Of a DNA stretch of 64,000 bases, positions 9,651 through 19,816 are shown piece by piece. The DNA comes from Candidatus Marinacidobacterium sp. GTDB lineage: Bacteria; Acidobacteriota; Vicinamibacteria; Marinacidobacterales; Marinacidobacteraceae. The notes beneath the pieces were generated by a model. That model had not been told where the DNA came from. It did not search any database and saw only the letters and a program-made list of their open reading frames with translations. The stretch's first letter is position 1, and the number at the start of each line of letters is the position of its first letter. The position numbers and the translations under genes are program-made. The stretch lies in contig OZ242011.1 of the NCBI GenBank assembly GCA_965204755.1, forward strand, positions 1,056,001 to 1,120,000. Direction: 5' to 3'.

Positions 9651-11093
9651 GTGCGCCTGAGCGCCGGCGAAGCGGCGGCGGCCATGGCCGGACGGGTCCG
9701 GCCCCCGGCGCCGGCCGAGCCGCGGGAGATCACCGGCGTTTCCATCGACAGCCGCCGAATCGCCGCCGGGGACCTCTTCTTCGCCGTCCGGGGGCCGAAC
9801 CGGGACGGCCACGCCTTCGTCGCCGACGCGCTGGCGCGGGGCGCCGCCGGGGCCGTCGTCGCCGGGGGCGCCCCCCCGATTGGCGAAACCGCCCCCGGCG
9901 CGTTCCTCATCGAAGTGGACGACCCCACGACCGCGCTCGGCGCCCTCGCCCGAAGCCGGCGCCTCGCGAGCCGCGCGGAGATCGCCGCGATCACCGGCAG
10001 CGTGGGCAAGACCACGGCGAAGGAAGCCGCCGCCGCCGCCATCGGCGCGACCCGGCGGGTCTTCCGCTCGCCGGGCAACCTGAACAACCAGTGGGGCCTG
10101 CCGCTCTCGCTGCTCGCCGCCGCCGGGGACGAGGAAGTCGGCGTGGTCGAACTCGGCATGTCCGCGCCCGGCGAGATCCGGACGCTGACCGAAATCGCCG
10201 TCCCCGACGCCGCCGTGGTGACCGCCGTCGCCGAGGCCCACCTCGAGAACTTCGCCTCCCTCGAGGAGATCGCCGCCGCGAAGGGCGAGATCTACGAAGC
10301 GCTCCCGGAGGGCGCGACCGCGGTGGTGAACGCCGACGACCCGCGGGCCGCCGGCGAGGCCCGGCGGTTCGCCGGGAAGCGGGTCTCCTACGGGTTCTCC
10401 GACGGCGCCGAGGTGCGCGCCTCGGACTTCCGGGCGGAGGCGGACGGGGGGATCGCCTTCCGGGTGGGCGCCTTCGGCGGGGCGCCGGAGACCGTCCGCT
10501 GCGGGCTGACCGGACGCCACAACGCCCTGAATGTCCTCGCCGGGCTGACCCTCGCGCTGGTCCTCTCCGTCCCGCTGCCGGCGGCGGCCGCCGGGGTCCG
10601 CCCGCTCTCCCCGCTCCCCGGCCGGGGCGAGCGGCGGCCGCTCCCGGGCGGCGCGGTCGCCTTGGACGAGACCTACAACTCCAGCCCGGCGGCGCTCCGC
10701 GCGGTCATCGCCGCCCTCGCGGAGACCCCGGCGGGGACCGCGAGCCCCCGTCGAATACCCCTCCGGATTCTCGTCGCCGGGGACATGCTCGAACTCGGCG
10801 ACCGCGCCGAGCCGCTCCACGCCGAGTGCGGCCGCCTCGCCGCCGAAGCCGGACTCGACCTCGTCGTCGGCGTCGGCCCCCTCGGCGCCCGCCTCGCGGA
10901 GGCGGCGCGGGCGGCCGGCGCGAAGTCCGCCGCCGCCGTCGAGGACCCCGAACAGGCCGCCGACCTGCTCGCCGGCCGCCTCGGCCCCGGCGACCTGGTG
11001 GCCTTCAAGGCGTCCCGCGCCGTCGGCCTCGAACGCGCCGTCGCCCTTCTCGCCGGGGACGCCCCGGCCGACCGGAACCGGGAAGGCCCCTAG
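9651..11093 (+). CDS. murF: UDP-MurNAc-pentapeptide synthetase
   Basis: ITGSVGKTTAKE, NLNNQWGLP, ELGMS, DETYNSSP, GDMLELG, KASR. Confidence 0.95.
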   Translation: MRLSAGEAAAAMAGRVRPPAPAEPREITGVSIDSRRIAAGDLFFAVRGPNRDGHAFVADALARGAAGAVVAGGAPPIGETAPGAFLIEVDDPTTALGALARSRRLASRAEIAAITGSVGKTTAKEAAAAAIGATRRVFRSPGNLNNQWGLPLSLLAAAGDEEVGVVELGMSAPGEIRTLTEIAVPDAAVVTAVAEAHLENFASLEEIAAAKGEIYEALPEGATAVVNADDPRAAGEARRFAGKRVSYGFSDGAEVRASDFRAEADGGIAFRVGAFGGAPETVRCGLTGRHNALNVLAGLTLALVLSVPLPAAAAGVRPLSPLPGRGERRPLPGGAVALDETYNSSPAALRAVIAALAETPAGTASPRRIPLRILVAGDMLELGDRAEPLHAECGRLAAEAGLDLVVGVGPLGARLAEAARAAGAKSAAAVEDPEQAADLLAGRLGPGDLVAFKASRAVGLERAVALLAGDAPADRNREGP

Positions 11094-11095
11094 AG

Positions 11096-12175
11096 ATGCT
11101 CGGAGAACTCCTGGAGTCGCTCGCGGAACTCCACCCGGTGTTCGGGGTGTTCCGGTATGTGACCGTGCGCACCGCCGCCGCCGCGGTAACCGCCATCGCG
11201 CTCTCGCTGGGCCTCGGGCGGGTCCTCATCGGCTGGCTCACCCGGCTGCGGGTGGGCGAGAACATCCGCGCCGACGGCCCGGCCCACCACCGGGACAAGG
11301 CCGGGACGCCCACGATGGGCGGCGTCCTCATCGTCACCTCGGTGACCCTCTCCACCGTCCTCTGGGCCGACCCGGCGAACCCGCTGGTCTGGGTGGCGGC
11401 GCTGACCGTCCTCGGCTTCGCCGGGCTGGGCTTCGCCGACGACTACCGGAAACTCCGCCGGGGCCGGGGCATCTCCATCCCGGTCAAGTTCGGGGCGCAG
11501 GTGGGGCTGGCGCTCGGCGCCTCCGGCTTCCTCCTCTGGTACTCCGCCTCCGGCGCGTTCACCACCCGGGTCATCGTCCCGTTCATCAAGGAGTTCCAGC
11601 CGGAACTCGGCTGGCTGCTGCTCCCCTGGGTGGTGCTGGTGATCGTGGGCTCGTCGAACGCGGTGAACCTGACCGACGGGCTCGACGGGCTGGCGTCGGG
11701 GTCGGTGCTGGTCGCCGCCGGCGCGTTCACCGTCCTGACCTACCTCTCCGGGCACGCCGAGTTCTCCGAGTACCTGGACATCCTGTTCGTCCCGGGGGCC
11801 TCGGAACTCACCATCTTCGGGGCGGCGCTCTCCGGGGCGGCGCTGGGGTTCCTCTGGTTCAACGCCCACCCGGCGCAGGTGTTCATGGGCGATGTGGGCT
11901 CGCTGGCGCTCGGCGCCGGCATCGGGATGCAGGCGATCCTGATCCGGCAGGAGATCCTGCTGGCGCTGGTGGGCGGGGTCTTCGTGCTGGAGGCGGTCTC
12001 GGTGATCGTGCAGTCCGGCTACTTCAAGTTGACCGGGCGCCGGGTCTTCCGCATGGCGCCGCTCCACCACCACTTCGAACTCGGCGGCTGGACCGAGACG
12101 CAGGTGACCGTCCGGTTCTGGATCCTGGCGGTGCTCTGCGCGCTCGCCACCCTGACCACGCTGAAGATCCGATGA
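11096..12175 (+). CDS. mraY: Phospho-MurNAc-pentapeptide transferase
   Basis: KAGTPTMGG, GFADDY, NAVNLTDGLDGL, FMGDVGS, MAPLHHHFE. Confidence 0.97.
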   Translation: MLGELLESLAELHPVFGVFRYVTVRTAAAAVTAIALSLGLGRVLIGWLTRLRVGENIRADGPAHHRDKAGTPTMGGVLIVTSVTLSTVLWADPANPLVWVAALTVLGFAGLGFADDYRKLRRGRGISIPVKFGAQVGLALGASGFLLWYSASGAFTTRVIVPFIKEFQPELGWLLLPWVVLVIVGSSNAVNLTDGLDGLASGSVLVAAGAFTVLTYLSGHAEFSEYLDILFVPGASELTIFGAALSGAALGFLWFNAHPAQVFMGDVGSLALGAGIGMQAILIRQEILLALVGGVFVLEAVSVIVQSGYFKLTGRRVFRMAPLHHHFELGGWTETQVTVRFWILAVLCALATLTTLKIR

Positions 12176-12178
12176 GCG

Positions 12179-13648
12179 ATGGGCGCGTCCCTTTCGCGGC
12201 GGGTCCCCGGGCGGACGGCGCTGGCGCTGGGCCTCGGCGTTTCGGGGACGGCGGCGGCGCGGTGCCTCGCGGCCCTGGGCCGGGAGGTGACCGCGGCGGA
12301 CGCCCGCCCGGAGTCCGAAGTCGCGGCGGCCGCGGCGGCGCTCCGGGAGGTCGGGGTCTCGGTTCGCTGCGGAGGCCATCCGCCGGAGTTGCTCGAGGGC
12401 TGCGACCTGGTGGTCGCTTCGCCGGGGATCCCCCCCTCCACGCCGATCCTCGCGGCGGCGCGCTCCGCCGGGATCCCGGTGTTCTCCGAACTCGAACTCG
12501 GCTTCCGGGCGCTCGGCGAACCCGCGGAGCGGCTCGTCGCGGTTACCGGGACGAAGGGGAAGTCCTCGGTGGTCACGCTGCTCGCCGACATCCTGCGGCG
12601 GAGCGGCCGGCCGGCGGAAGGGGCCGGGAACCTGGGGGCGCCGCTCTGTTCGTTCTTCGGGGCCTCCCCGGTCTCCGGGGCGGAGCCGCTGCTGGTCGTC
12701 GAGGCCTCCTCGTTCATGCTGGCCGGGACTTCCCGGTTCCGGGCGGGGACTTCGGTGCTGCTCGCGGTCACCGAAGACCACCTGGACTGGCACCCCGACC
12801 TCGACCACTACCGGGCCTCGAAGGCCCGGCTCTTCGAGAACCTGCGGCCAGGCGACCGGATCGCGGCCGACGCGGGGGACCCGGTGGCCGCTGAACTCGC
12901 CCTCGCCGCCGCCGCCCGAACGGGGGCCGACTACCTGCCCTTCGGCGGCCGGCCGGGCGGCCGGGACGACGAAGTGCTCCTGACCGGAGACGGCCCCGCC
13001 GGGCGGATCGAACGCCGGACCGGGGGCGAACGGACGGTCCTCGCGGACGCCGCCCGCCTCCGCCTCCCCGGCGGGCACCAGCGGCGCAACCTGGCCGCCG
13101 CGGCCGCCGCGGCGAGCCTCTTCGGCGTCGAGCGCCCGGCCATCGAAGCCGCCGCCGCCGCCTTCGCCGGGATGCCGCACGCCCTCGAGGAACTCCCGGC
13201 CGCCGCCGGGGTCCGCTTCGTGAACGACTCCCGGGCGACGAACCCGGCGGCCACCCGCGCCGCGCTCGCCGCCCTGGCCGAAGCCGACCCGCCGCCGGAG
13301 GTCCACCTGATCCTCGGCGGCATCCTCAAGGCCGGCCGCTTCGCCGACCTCGAACCCTCCCTCGCCGGCGTCCGGACGATCCAGGCGATCGGCGAGAGCC
13401 GCGAGCGCGCCGCCGCCGAAATCACTTCGGTCCCGGTCTCCCTCCGGGACAGCCTCGACGACGCGGTCGCCGCCGCCTTCGCCGCCGCCGGGATGGGCGC
13501 CGCCGGGAGGGACGCCGCCGCCGGGCCGCCCCCGGTCGTCCTCCTCTCCCCGGCCTGCTCCTCCTTCGACCAGTTCGAGAGTTACCGCGCCCGCGGCGAG
13601 CGGTTCCGGGAAGCCGCGGCCCGCCTCCGGGAAGGGGGCCCCCGGTGA
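12179..13648 (+). CDS. murD: UDP-MurNAc-L-Ala:D-Glu ligase
   Basis: GLGVSG, SPGIP, VTGTKGKSS, EASSF, DHLDWH, NDSRATN, LLSPACSSFDQF. Confidence 0.95.
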   Translation: MGASLSRRVPGRTALALGLGVSGTAAARCLAALGREVTAADARPESEVAAAAAALREVGVSVRCGGHPPELLEGCDLVVASPGIPPSTPILAAARSAGIPVFSELELGFRALGEPAERLVAVTGTKGKSSVVTLLADILRRSGRPAEGAGNLGAPLCSFFGASPVSGAEPLLVVEASSFMLAGTSRFRAGTSVLLAVTEDHLDWHPDLDHYRASKARLFENLRPGDRIAADAGDPVAAELALAAAARTGADYLPFGGRPGGRDDEVLLTGDGPAGRIERRTGGERTVLADAARLRLPGGHQRRNLAAAAAAASLFGVERPAIEAAAAAFAGMPHALEELPAAAGVRFVNDSRATNPAATRAALAALAEADPPPEVHLILGGILKAGRFADLEPSLAGVRTIQAIGESRERAAAEITSVPVSLRDSLDDAVAAAFAAAGMGAAGRDAAAGPPPVVLLSPACSSFDQFESYRARGERFREAAARLREGGPR

Positions 13649-14730
13649 AGGCCCGGCGGATGGCGCCCGACGCGCTGCTCTTCGCCGGGACGCTGGCGCT
13701 GCTCCTCTTCGGGCTGGTGATGCTCTACAGCGCCTCCGCCATCGTCGCCGACGCCAACGCCCGCAGCCCCTTCTTCTTCCTCTCCCGGCAGGCGGTCTGG
13801 GCGGCGCTCGGCTTCGCCGCGATGATGGTCCTCGCCCGGGTGGACTACCGGGTGCTGAACCGGCCCCCGGTGGCCTGGTGCGTCCTCGGCGCGGCGCTCC
13901 TCGCCCTCACCGCGGCGCTGCTGTCGCCGCCGATCGCCGGGACGCACCGCTGGGTCCGCCTCTTCGGCTTCGCCTTCCAGCCCTCGGAGCCGGCGAAACT
14001 CGCCCTCTCGGTGGCGCTCGCCCACCTGATGGCCACCCGCGCCCCGGACACCCTCCGCGGGCTGGCGCTGCCGCTCGGGGTAACCGCCCTGCTCGCGGGG
14101 CTGATCTTCAGCCAGCCGGACCTGGGGACGGCGACCTTCCTGACCCTGATCGGGGCGGCGATGCTCTTCGTCGGCGGCGCCCGGTTCCTCCACCTCGGCG
14201 CGCTCGCCGCCGCCGGCGCCCCGCTCTTCGCCGCCGCGGTCCTCACCGCCGAGTACCGGCTGGCGCGGGTCCTCACCTTCCTCGACCCCTTCGGCGACCC
14301 GCTGGGCGACGGCTTCCAGTTGAGCCAGTCGCTGATCGCGCTGGGCGCCGGCGGCGTCTCCGGCGTCGGGTTCAGCGCCGGCCGCCAGAAACTGCTCTAC
14401 CTGCCGGAGCCCCACTCCGACTTCATCTTCTCGGTGATCGGCGAGGAACTGGGGCTGGTGGGCGCGGCGGCGGTGCTCGCCGGGTTCTTCCTGTTCGCGG
14501 TGCGGGGCCTCCTCGTTTCCTCGCGGGCCGCCGACCGCTTCGGGATGCTGCTGGGCGTCGGCGCGACGCTCACCATCAGCGCCCAGGCCTTCCTGAACAT
14601 CAGCGTGGCCATCGGGCTGGTCCCGACGACCGGGCTGCCGCTCCCCTTCGTCTCCGCCGGAGGCAGTTCGCTGCTCACCACCATGATGGCGGCGGGCCTG
14701 CTGCTCTCCGTCTCCCAGCGCGCCCCGTGA
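13645..14730 (+). CDS. ftsW: SEDS peptidoglycan polymerase FtsW
   Basis: FQPSEPAK, QPDLGT, YLPEPHSDFIF, LPFVSAGGSS. Confidence 0.95.
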   Translation: MKARRMAPDALLFAGTLALLLFGLVMLYSASAIVADANARSPFFFLSRQAVWAALGFAAMMVLARVDYRVLNRPPVAWCVLGAALLALTAALLSPPIAGTHRWVRLFGFAFQPSEPAKLALSVALAHLMATRAPDTLRGLALPLGVTALLAGLIFSQPDLGTATFLTLIGAAMLFVGGARFLHLGALAAAGAPLFAAAVLTAEYRLARVLTFLDPFGDPLGDGFQLSQSLIALGAGGVSGVGFSAGRQKLLYLPEPHSDFIFSVIGEELGLVGAAAVLAGFFLFAVRGLLVSSRAADRFGMLLGVGATLTISAQAFLNISVAIGLVPTTGLPLPFVSAGGSSLLTTMMAAGLLLSVSQRAP

Positions 14731-15890
14731 CCGTCGAGCGCAACGGCGCCGCCCCGCCGCGGCTCCTCGTCGCCGCCTCCGGCAGCGGCGGGCACATCTA
14801 CCCGGGGCTGGCCGTCGCCCGCGCCTTCGCCGAACTCCCCGCCGACCCGGACGGCGGCGCCGGAAGACCGGTCGTCCGCTTCCTCGGCGACCCCCGCGGC
14901 CTCGAAACCCGGCTGGTCCCGGCGCACGGCTTCTCGCTCGACCTGGTGGAGACCCCGCCCATCCGGGGGCGGTCGCCGGTCGGCCTCGCCCTCGCCGCCG
15001 CCAAGTTGCCCGGCGCCCTCCTCCGGATGGCGCGCCTCCTCCGCGACTTCCACCCGGACGCGGTCTTCGGCACCGGCGGCGCGGTCTCCGGGGCGGCGGC
15101 GCTCGCCGCCCGGCTGGTGGGCGTCCCTTCGCTGATCCTCGAGCCGAACGCCGAGCCGGGCCTCGCCACCCGGTGGAGCGCCCCGGTGGCCACCGAGATC
15201 GCCGTCGGGTTCGAGGAGTCCGAGCGCCACTTCCCCGGCCGGCGGGTCTTCCACTCCGGGATCCCGGTGAGGTCGGACTTCCTCGGCCTCCCGCTGCCGG
15301 AGGAGCGGAACGGCGACCCGCTGGCGGTGCTGATCACCGGCGGCAGCCAGGGCGCCTCCCGGCTGAACCGCACGGTGGTCGAAGCCCTCCCGGAACTCGC
15401 CGGGGAGGCCGCCCGGCTGACCCTGACCCACCAGACCGGGCCGGCGGACCTCCTCGCGGTGCGGGGCGCCTACGAACGGGCCGGCCTCGGCGCGACGGTG
15501 GTGCCCTACTTGGAGGACATGCCGGCGGCGGTCCGGGCCGCCGGGCTGGTGGTCGCCCGGGGCGGGGCGATCACCTGCGCGGAACTCGCCGCCGCCGGGC
15601 GTCCGTCGGTCATCGTCCCGGCCCCGGTGGCCGGCGCCCACCAGCAGGGGAACGCCCGGACGATGGAGCGCGCCGGCGCGGCGGCCACCCTCCCCGACGG
15701 CGCTCCCGGCCGGGACTTCGCCTCGCTGCTGCTGGCCCTCCGCGGCGACCGGACGCGGCGGCGGCGGATGGCGGAAGCCGCCCGGCGCCTCGCGCCCCCC
15801 GGCGGCGCCGGCGAAGACGCCGCCTCCCGCCTCGCCCGCCGGCTGGCCGACCTCGCCGCCGAATCCGGAGCGAAGGGCGGCGCCGGATGA
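14727..15890 (+). CDS. murG: Lipid II GlcNAc transferase
   Basis: GSGGHIYPG, EPNAEPG, GIPVR, GGSQGA, HQTG, HQQGNA; GTGA overlap with ftsW. Confidence 0.95.
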   Translation: MTVERNGAAPPRLLVAASGSGGHIYPGLAVARAFAELPADPDGGAGRPVVRFLGDPRGLETRLVPAHGFSLDLVETPPIRGRSPVGLALAAAKLPGALLRMARLLRDFHPDAVFGTGGAVSGAAALAARLVGVPSLILEPNAEPGLATRWSAPVATEIAVGFEESERHFPGRRVFHSGIPVRSDFLGLPLPEERNGDPLAVLITGGSQGASRLNRTVVEALPELAGEAARLTLTHQTGPADLLAVRGAYERAGLGATVVPYLEDMPAAVRAAGLVVARGGAITCAELAAAGRPSVIVPAPVAGAHQQGNARTMERAGAAATLPDGAPGRDFASLLLALRGDRTRRRRMAEAARRLAPPGGAGEDAASRLARRLADLAAESGAKGGAG

Positions 15891-17355
15891 CCGAGAACGC
15901 CCTCCGCCGCGGGGACTCCGCCGGCCGCCGGCCGGGCGCGGCGGGGCGCGCCGCCCCCCGGACCGGCAGCGATCTCCTGTTCTCGAACCGCATCCGGGTG
16001 CACTTCGTGGGCATCGGCGGCGTGGGCATGAACGGCATCGCCGAAGTCCTGCTCAGCCTCGGCTACCCGGTGACCGGCTCCGACCTCCAGTTCGGGGAGA
16101 GCGCCCGCCGCCTCTCCGAGCGGGGCGCGGTGGTGTTCGAAGGCCACGCCGCCCGCCACCTGGGCCGCGCCGATGTGGTGGTCGCCTCCTCGGCGGTGGG
16201 CGCGGACAACCCGGAGGTCGAGGAAGCGCGGCGGCGGGGCCTCCCGATCATCCCCCGGGCGGAGATGCTCGCCGAACTCATGCGGATGAAGTTCGCGGTG
16301 GCGGTCGCCGGCTCGCACGGCAAGACGACCACCACTTCGATGACCGCGGTGCTGCTCGACCACGCCGGGCTCGACCCCACGGTGGTCATCGGCGGGCGGG
16401 TGGCGGCCATCGGCGGCGGCGCCCGGGTGGGGGACTCGGACATCCTGGTGGCCGAGGCGGACGAGTCCGACCGCACCTTCCTCGACCTGATGCCGGTGGT
16501 GGCGGTGGTCACCGGGATAGACCGGGAGCACCTCGACGCCTACTCGGGGATGGACGACCTGCGCGAGTCCTTCCTCCACTTCGTGAACATGACCCCGTTC
16601 TACGGGTTCTCGGTGCTCTGCCTCGACGACCCGAATGTGCGGGCGCTCCTGCCGCGGGTCCGCCGCCGGACGGTCACCTACGGGCTCACCGGGGAGCCGG
16701 ACATCTCCGCCTCGGAGATCGAGATCGGCCCGGACGGGTCGCGGTACCGGCTGCGGCTCCGCGGCGGCGACGCCGGGGAGGTGCGGCTCCAGAAGCCGGG
16801 GCGGACCTCGGTGCTGAACAGTCTGGCCGCCGCCGCGGTGGGCCTGGAGTTCGGGGTCGGCGCCCGGGAGGTCCGCGAGGGGCTCGCCGCCTTCGCCGGG
16901 GTGGACCGCCGGTTCCAACTGCGGGGCGAGGCGCGCGGCGTCCGGGTGGTGGACGACTACGCCCACCATCCGAGCGAGATCCGGGCGACCCTCGAAGCGG
17001 CCGGCGAGGCCTGGTCGGCGCCGACCACCGCGGTCTTCCAGCCGCACCGCTACAGCCGGGTGCGCGACCTCCTCGAGGAGTTCGGCGGGGCCTTCGCCGC
17101 AGCCGACCGGGTGGTGGTCTCGGACATCTACGCCGCCGGGGAGGCCCCGATCCCCGGCGTCACCGGCGAGCGGCTCGCCGACGCGGTGCGCGCCGCCGGC
17201 CACCCGGCGGTGGAGTTCATCGGGGCGCTGGAGGACATCCCGCCGCAGATCGCCCCCCGGCTCGAACCGGGGAAGTGGTGCTCACCCTCGGCGCCGGCAG
17301 CGTCACCCGGCTCCCCGACCTCCTCCTGGAGGCCCTTCGTGCACGCGCCGACTGA
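15887..17355 (+). CDS. murC: UDP-MurNAc:L-Ala ligase with an apparent 1-nt deletion near the 3' end (G run 17269-17272)
   Basis: HFVGIGGVGM, GSHGKTTT, EADESD, DDYAHHP, FQPHRYSR. The canonical tail EVVLTLGAGSVTRL...* (stop 17353-17355) is in a shifted frame. Confidence 0.9.
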
Positions 17356-17377
17356 ACCGCGCCGGCTCCGCCTGCGG

Positions 17378-18421
17378 ATGCGGCGGGGCGGCGCCTCGGC
17401 CCGGCCGGCGCCGCAGCCGGAGGCCGCGGCCCACCCCCTCCCGCCGGAGGCGGAGCGGCTCGCCCGGCGCGGCGGCCGGCCGGCGATGCGCTACGGCCCC
17501 CGCCTCCTGAACCCGGAGGGCGGCCGGCGCCGGGTCTCCGGCGGGGCCCGGTTCGCGCTCCGGGCGGGGATCGGCTCGCTGGGGCTGGCGTTCTTCGTCG
17601 GCGTCTTCACCGGCCGCCGCCTCTCCGGGGTGGAGGACTCGCTGTTCTCGGTGGAGTTCCGGGGCCCGGGGCGGGTGGACGCCGACGCCTCCGCGCTCCG
17701 CGCCGGCTTCTTCGCCGACCCGGAGGGCATCCGCCGCCGGCTCGGCGAGCGCCTCGGCCCGGCGGCCGCGGCGGCCGTCGGACGGGTGGAAGTGCTCCGC
17801 ACCCCGGAGGGCGGGGTGGAAGTGGTCGTCGAGGAGAAGCGCGCCGCCGCGATCCTGCTCGCCGGCGGGCTGTCGGACGGGCCGGCCGACGGGCCGGCCG
17901 ACGGCGAGGGCGCGGGAACGCCGCCGCAAGGCCCGGGCGGAGGCCCGCCGCTCGCCATCGCCGGGGACGGCGCCCTCCTCGGCCCGGCGACGGCCGCCGA
18001 CCTGGACTGGGCCGGCGCCGCCGACCTCCCCGTCGTCCGGGGCGCCGACCCCGCGGCCCCGGACTTCGCGGAGCGGGCGGCGACCGCCGGCCGCCTCGCC
18101 GCCGCGCTCGCCGGGGAGCCGGCGCTCGACGCCCGGGTCTCCGAACTGGGCGTCGCCCGCGCGCCGGCGCTGGTCGAGGTGCTCCTCCGCGACCCGCCGG
18201 GTCTCACCGTCCTCGCCGCCGCCGAGCCGGACGCCGCCGGCTCCGGTTCGCCCGGCTTCGCCGCCTCGCTCCGCGCCGCGGCGGCCGTCGCGCCCGACCT
18301 CCTCGAGCGATGGCCGGACCTCACCCGGATCGACGCCCGGATCCCCGACCGGCTGCTGCTGCGGCGCGGCGGCCCGCCCCCTCCTCCCACCCCCGCCCCG
18401 GAGGGCGACCAGAACCGATGA
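17378..18421 (+). CDS. ftsQ: Divergent FtsQ/DivIB-like protein
   Basis: One TM helix; VEVLR.PEG.VEVVVEEKRAAA (POTRA end), DLPVV.G and C-terminal RIDAR.PDRL; directly upstream of ftsA. Start uncertain (17378 or 17486). Confidence 0.6.
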   Translation: MRRGGASARPAPQPEAAAHPLPPEAERLARRGGRPAMRYGPRLLNPEGGRRRVSGGARFALRAGIGSLGLAFFVGVFTGRRLSGVEDSLFSVEFRGPGRVDADASALRAGFFADPEGIRRRLGERLGPAAAAAVGRVEVLRTPEGGVEVVVEEKRAAAILLAGGLSDGPADGPADGEGAGTPPQGPGGGPPLAIAGDGALLGPATAADLDWAGAADLPVVRGADPAAPDFAERAATAGRLAAALAGEPALDARVSELGVARAPALVEVLLRDPPGLTVLAAAEPDAAGSGSPGFAASLRAAAAVAPDLLERWPDLTRIDARIPDRLLLRRGGPPPPPTPAPEGDQNR

Positions 18422-19701
18422 ACCAGCCCAAGGAACTCATCTGCGGACTCGATATCGGGTCGGATTCCATCCGGGCGGTCCTGGCCCGGACGCCGGTCGC
18501 CCCGCCGCCGGACGCCGCCGAAGGCCCCGACCCCCTCGAAGTGCTGGCCATCGGGCAGGCGCCGGTGCAGAACTCCGTCCAGCACGGCGAGATCGTGAAC
18601 CCGGAGGGGGCGACCGCCGCGGTCCGCGCCGCGGTGGAGGAGATGGAGCAGGCCGCCGGGGTCGAAGTCGGGGAGGCGCTGGTCTCGGTGGGCTGCCGCA
18701 GCCGCCGGACGATCAACTCCTCCGGCTCGGTCACCGTCCGGGACCCCGGCCGGCCGATCACCCGCGGCGATGTCCTGCGGGCGGTGGAGATGGCGATCCC
18801 CCGGCGGGACGGCGCCGGCTGGCTGCAGCCGCCCTTCGTGCTGCTCCACGCCCTGCCCCAGGAGTTCTGGGTGGACGACCTCGACGCCACCACCGACCCC
18901 ACCGGCTGGACCGGGACGAACATCCAGTCCTTCGTCCACCTGGTCTCCTGCCGCCAGTGCAGCCTCGACCGGCTGGAGCAGGCGGTGAACCGCGCCGGGA
19001 TCACCGTGGAGTCGCTGGTGCTCGCGCCGCTGGCCGCCGGGGAAGCCGCCCTCCACCCGGAGGAGCGCGACCGGGGCGTCGCGCTGCTCGACATCGGCTC
19101 GATGACCACGGACATCGCCGTCTTCCGGCACAAGTCGCTCTGGCACTCCGATGTGATGCCGAGCGGCGGCCGCGCCTACACCCGCGACGCCGAACTCGGG
19201 CTCCCCGCCCCGCACGCCGCCGCCGAGGACGCGAAGCGCCGCTACGGCGCGGCCCTCGTGGACTCGGTGGAGGAGGACGAGCACTTCCCGCTCCGCACCC
19301 GGAACGGCGCCCCGCCGGAACTCCACTCCCGGCGGCTGCTCGCCAACATCCTCCAGTTGCGGGCGGAGAGCGACCTCACCCGCATCCGGGAGGAGGTGCA
19401 CCGCGTCCTCCAGGAGCGGACGCCGGCGCAGGTCGTCCTCACCGGCGGCGGGGCCGACCTCGACGGCGTCGCGGAAGTCGCCCGGCTGGTGTTCGGCGGC
19501 GAGGCGGAGAGCCGGGGCCCGATCGGCGTCCTCGGCCTCCGCGACCTGGCCGGCCACGCCCGGTTCAGCGCCTCGGTGGGGCTTTGCCGCTACGGCCTGA
19601 AACAGCGCCGCCGCGCCGCCAGCGAACGCGCCGCGACCGCGCCGTTCCAGCAGATGCTCAGTTCGGTCGGCGGCCGCCTCCGCCGCGCCCTCGGCCGATG
19701 A
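18418..19701 (+). CDS. ftsA: Cell division protein FtsA
   Basis: ICGLDIGSDSI, LLDIGSMTTD, AEDAKRRYG, VVLTGGGA, FSASVGL. Confidence 0.93.
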   Translation: MNQPKELICGLDIGSDSIRAVLARTPVAPPPDAAEGPDPLEVLAIGQAPVQNSVQHGEIVNPEGATAAVRAAVEEMEQAAGVEVGEALVSVGCRSRRTINSSGSVTVRDPGRPITRGDVLRAVEMAIPRRDGAGWLQPPFVLLHALPQEFWVDDLDATTDPTGWTGTNIQSFVHLVSCRQCSLDRLEQAVNRAGITVESLVLAPLAAGEAALHPEERDRGVALLDIGSMTTDIAVFRHKSLWHSDVMPSGGRAYTRDAELGLPAPHAAAEDAKRRYGAALVDSVEEDEHFPLRTRNGAPPELHSRRLLANILQLRAESDLTRIREEVHRVLQERTPAQVVLTGGGADLDGVAEVARLVFGGEAESRGPIGVLGLRDLAGHARFSASVGLCRYGLKQRRRAASERAATAPFQQMLSSVGGRLRRALGR

Positions 19702-19816
19702 CCGGGCGCTTCCCGGCCCCGCCGCCGGCGATCCGCGCGCCGCGCGCCTTCCTTCCCCCTCCCGGCGGCCCGACCGCCGCCGGCCCCCTCCCGCTTCCGT
19801 TCCAGGAGAGACCCGC

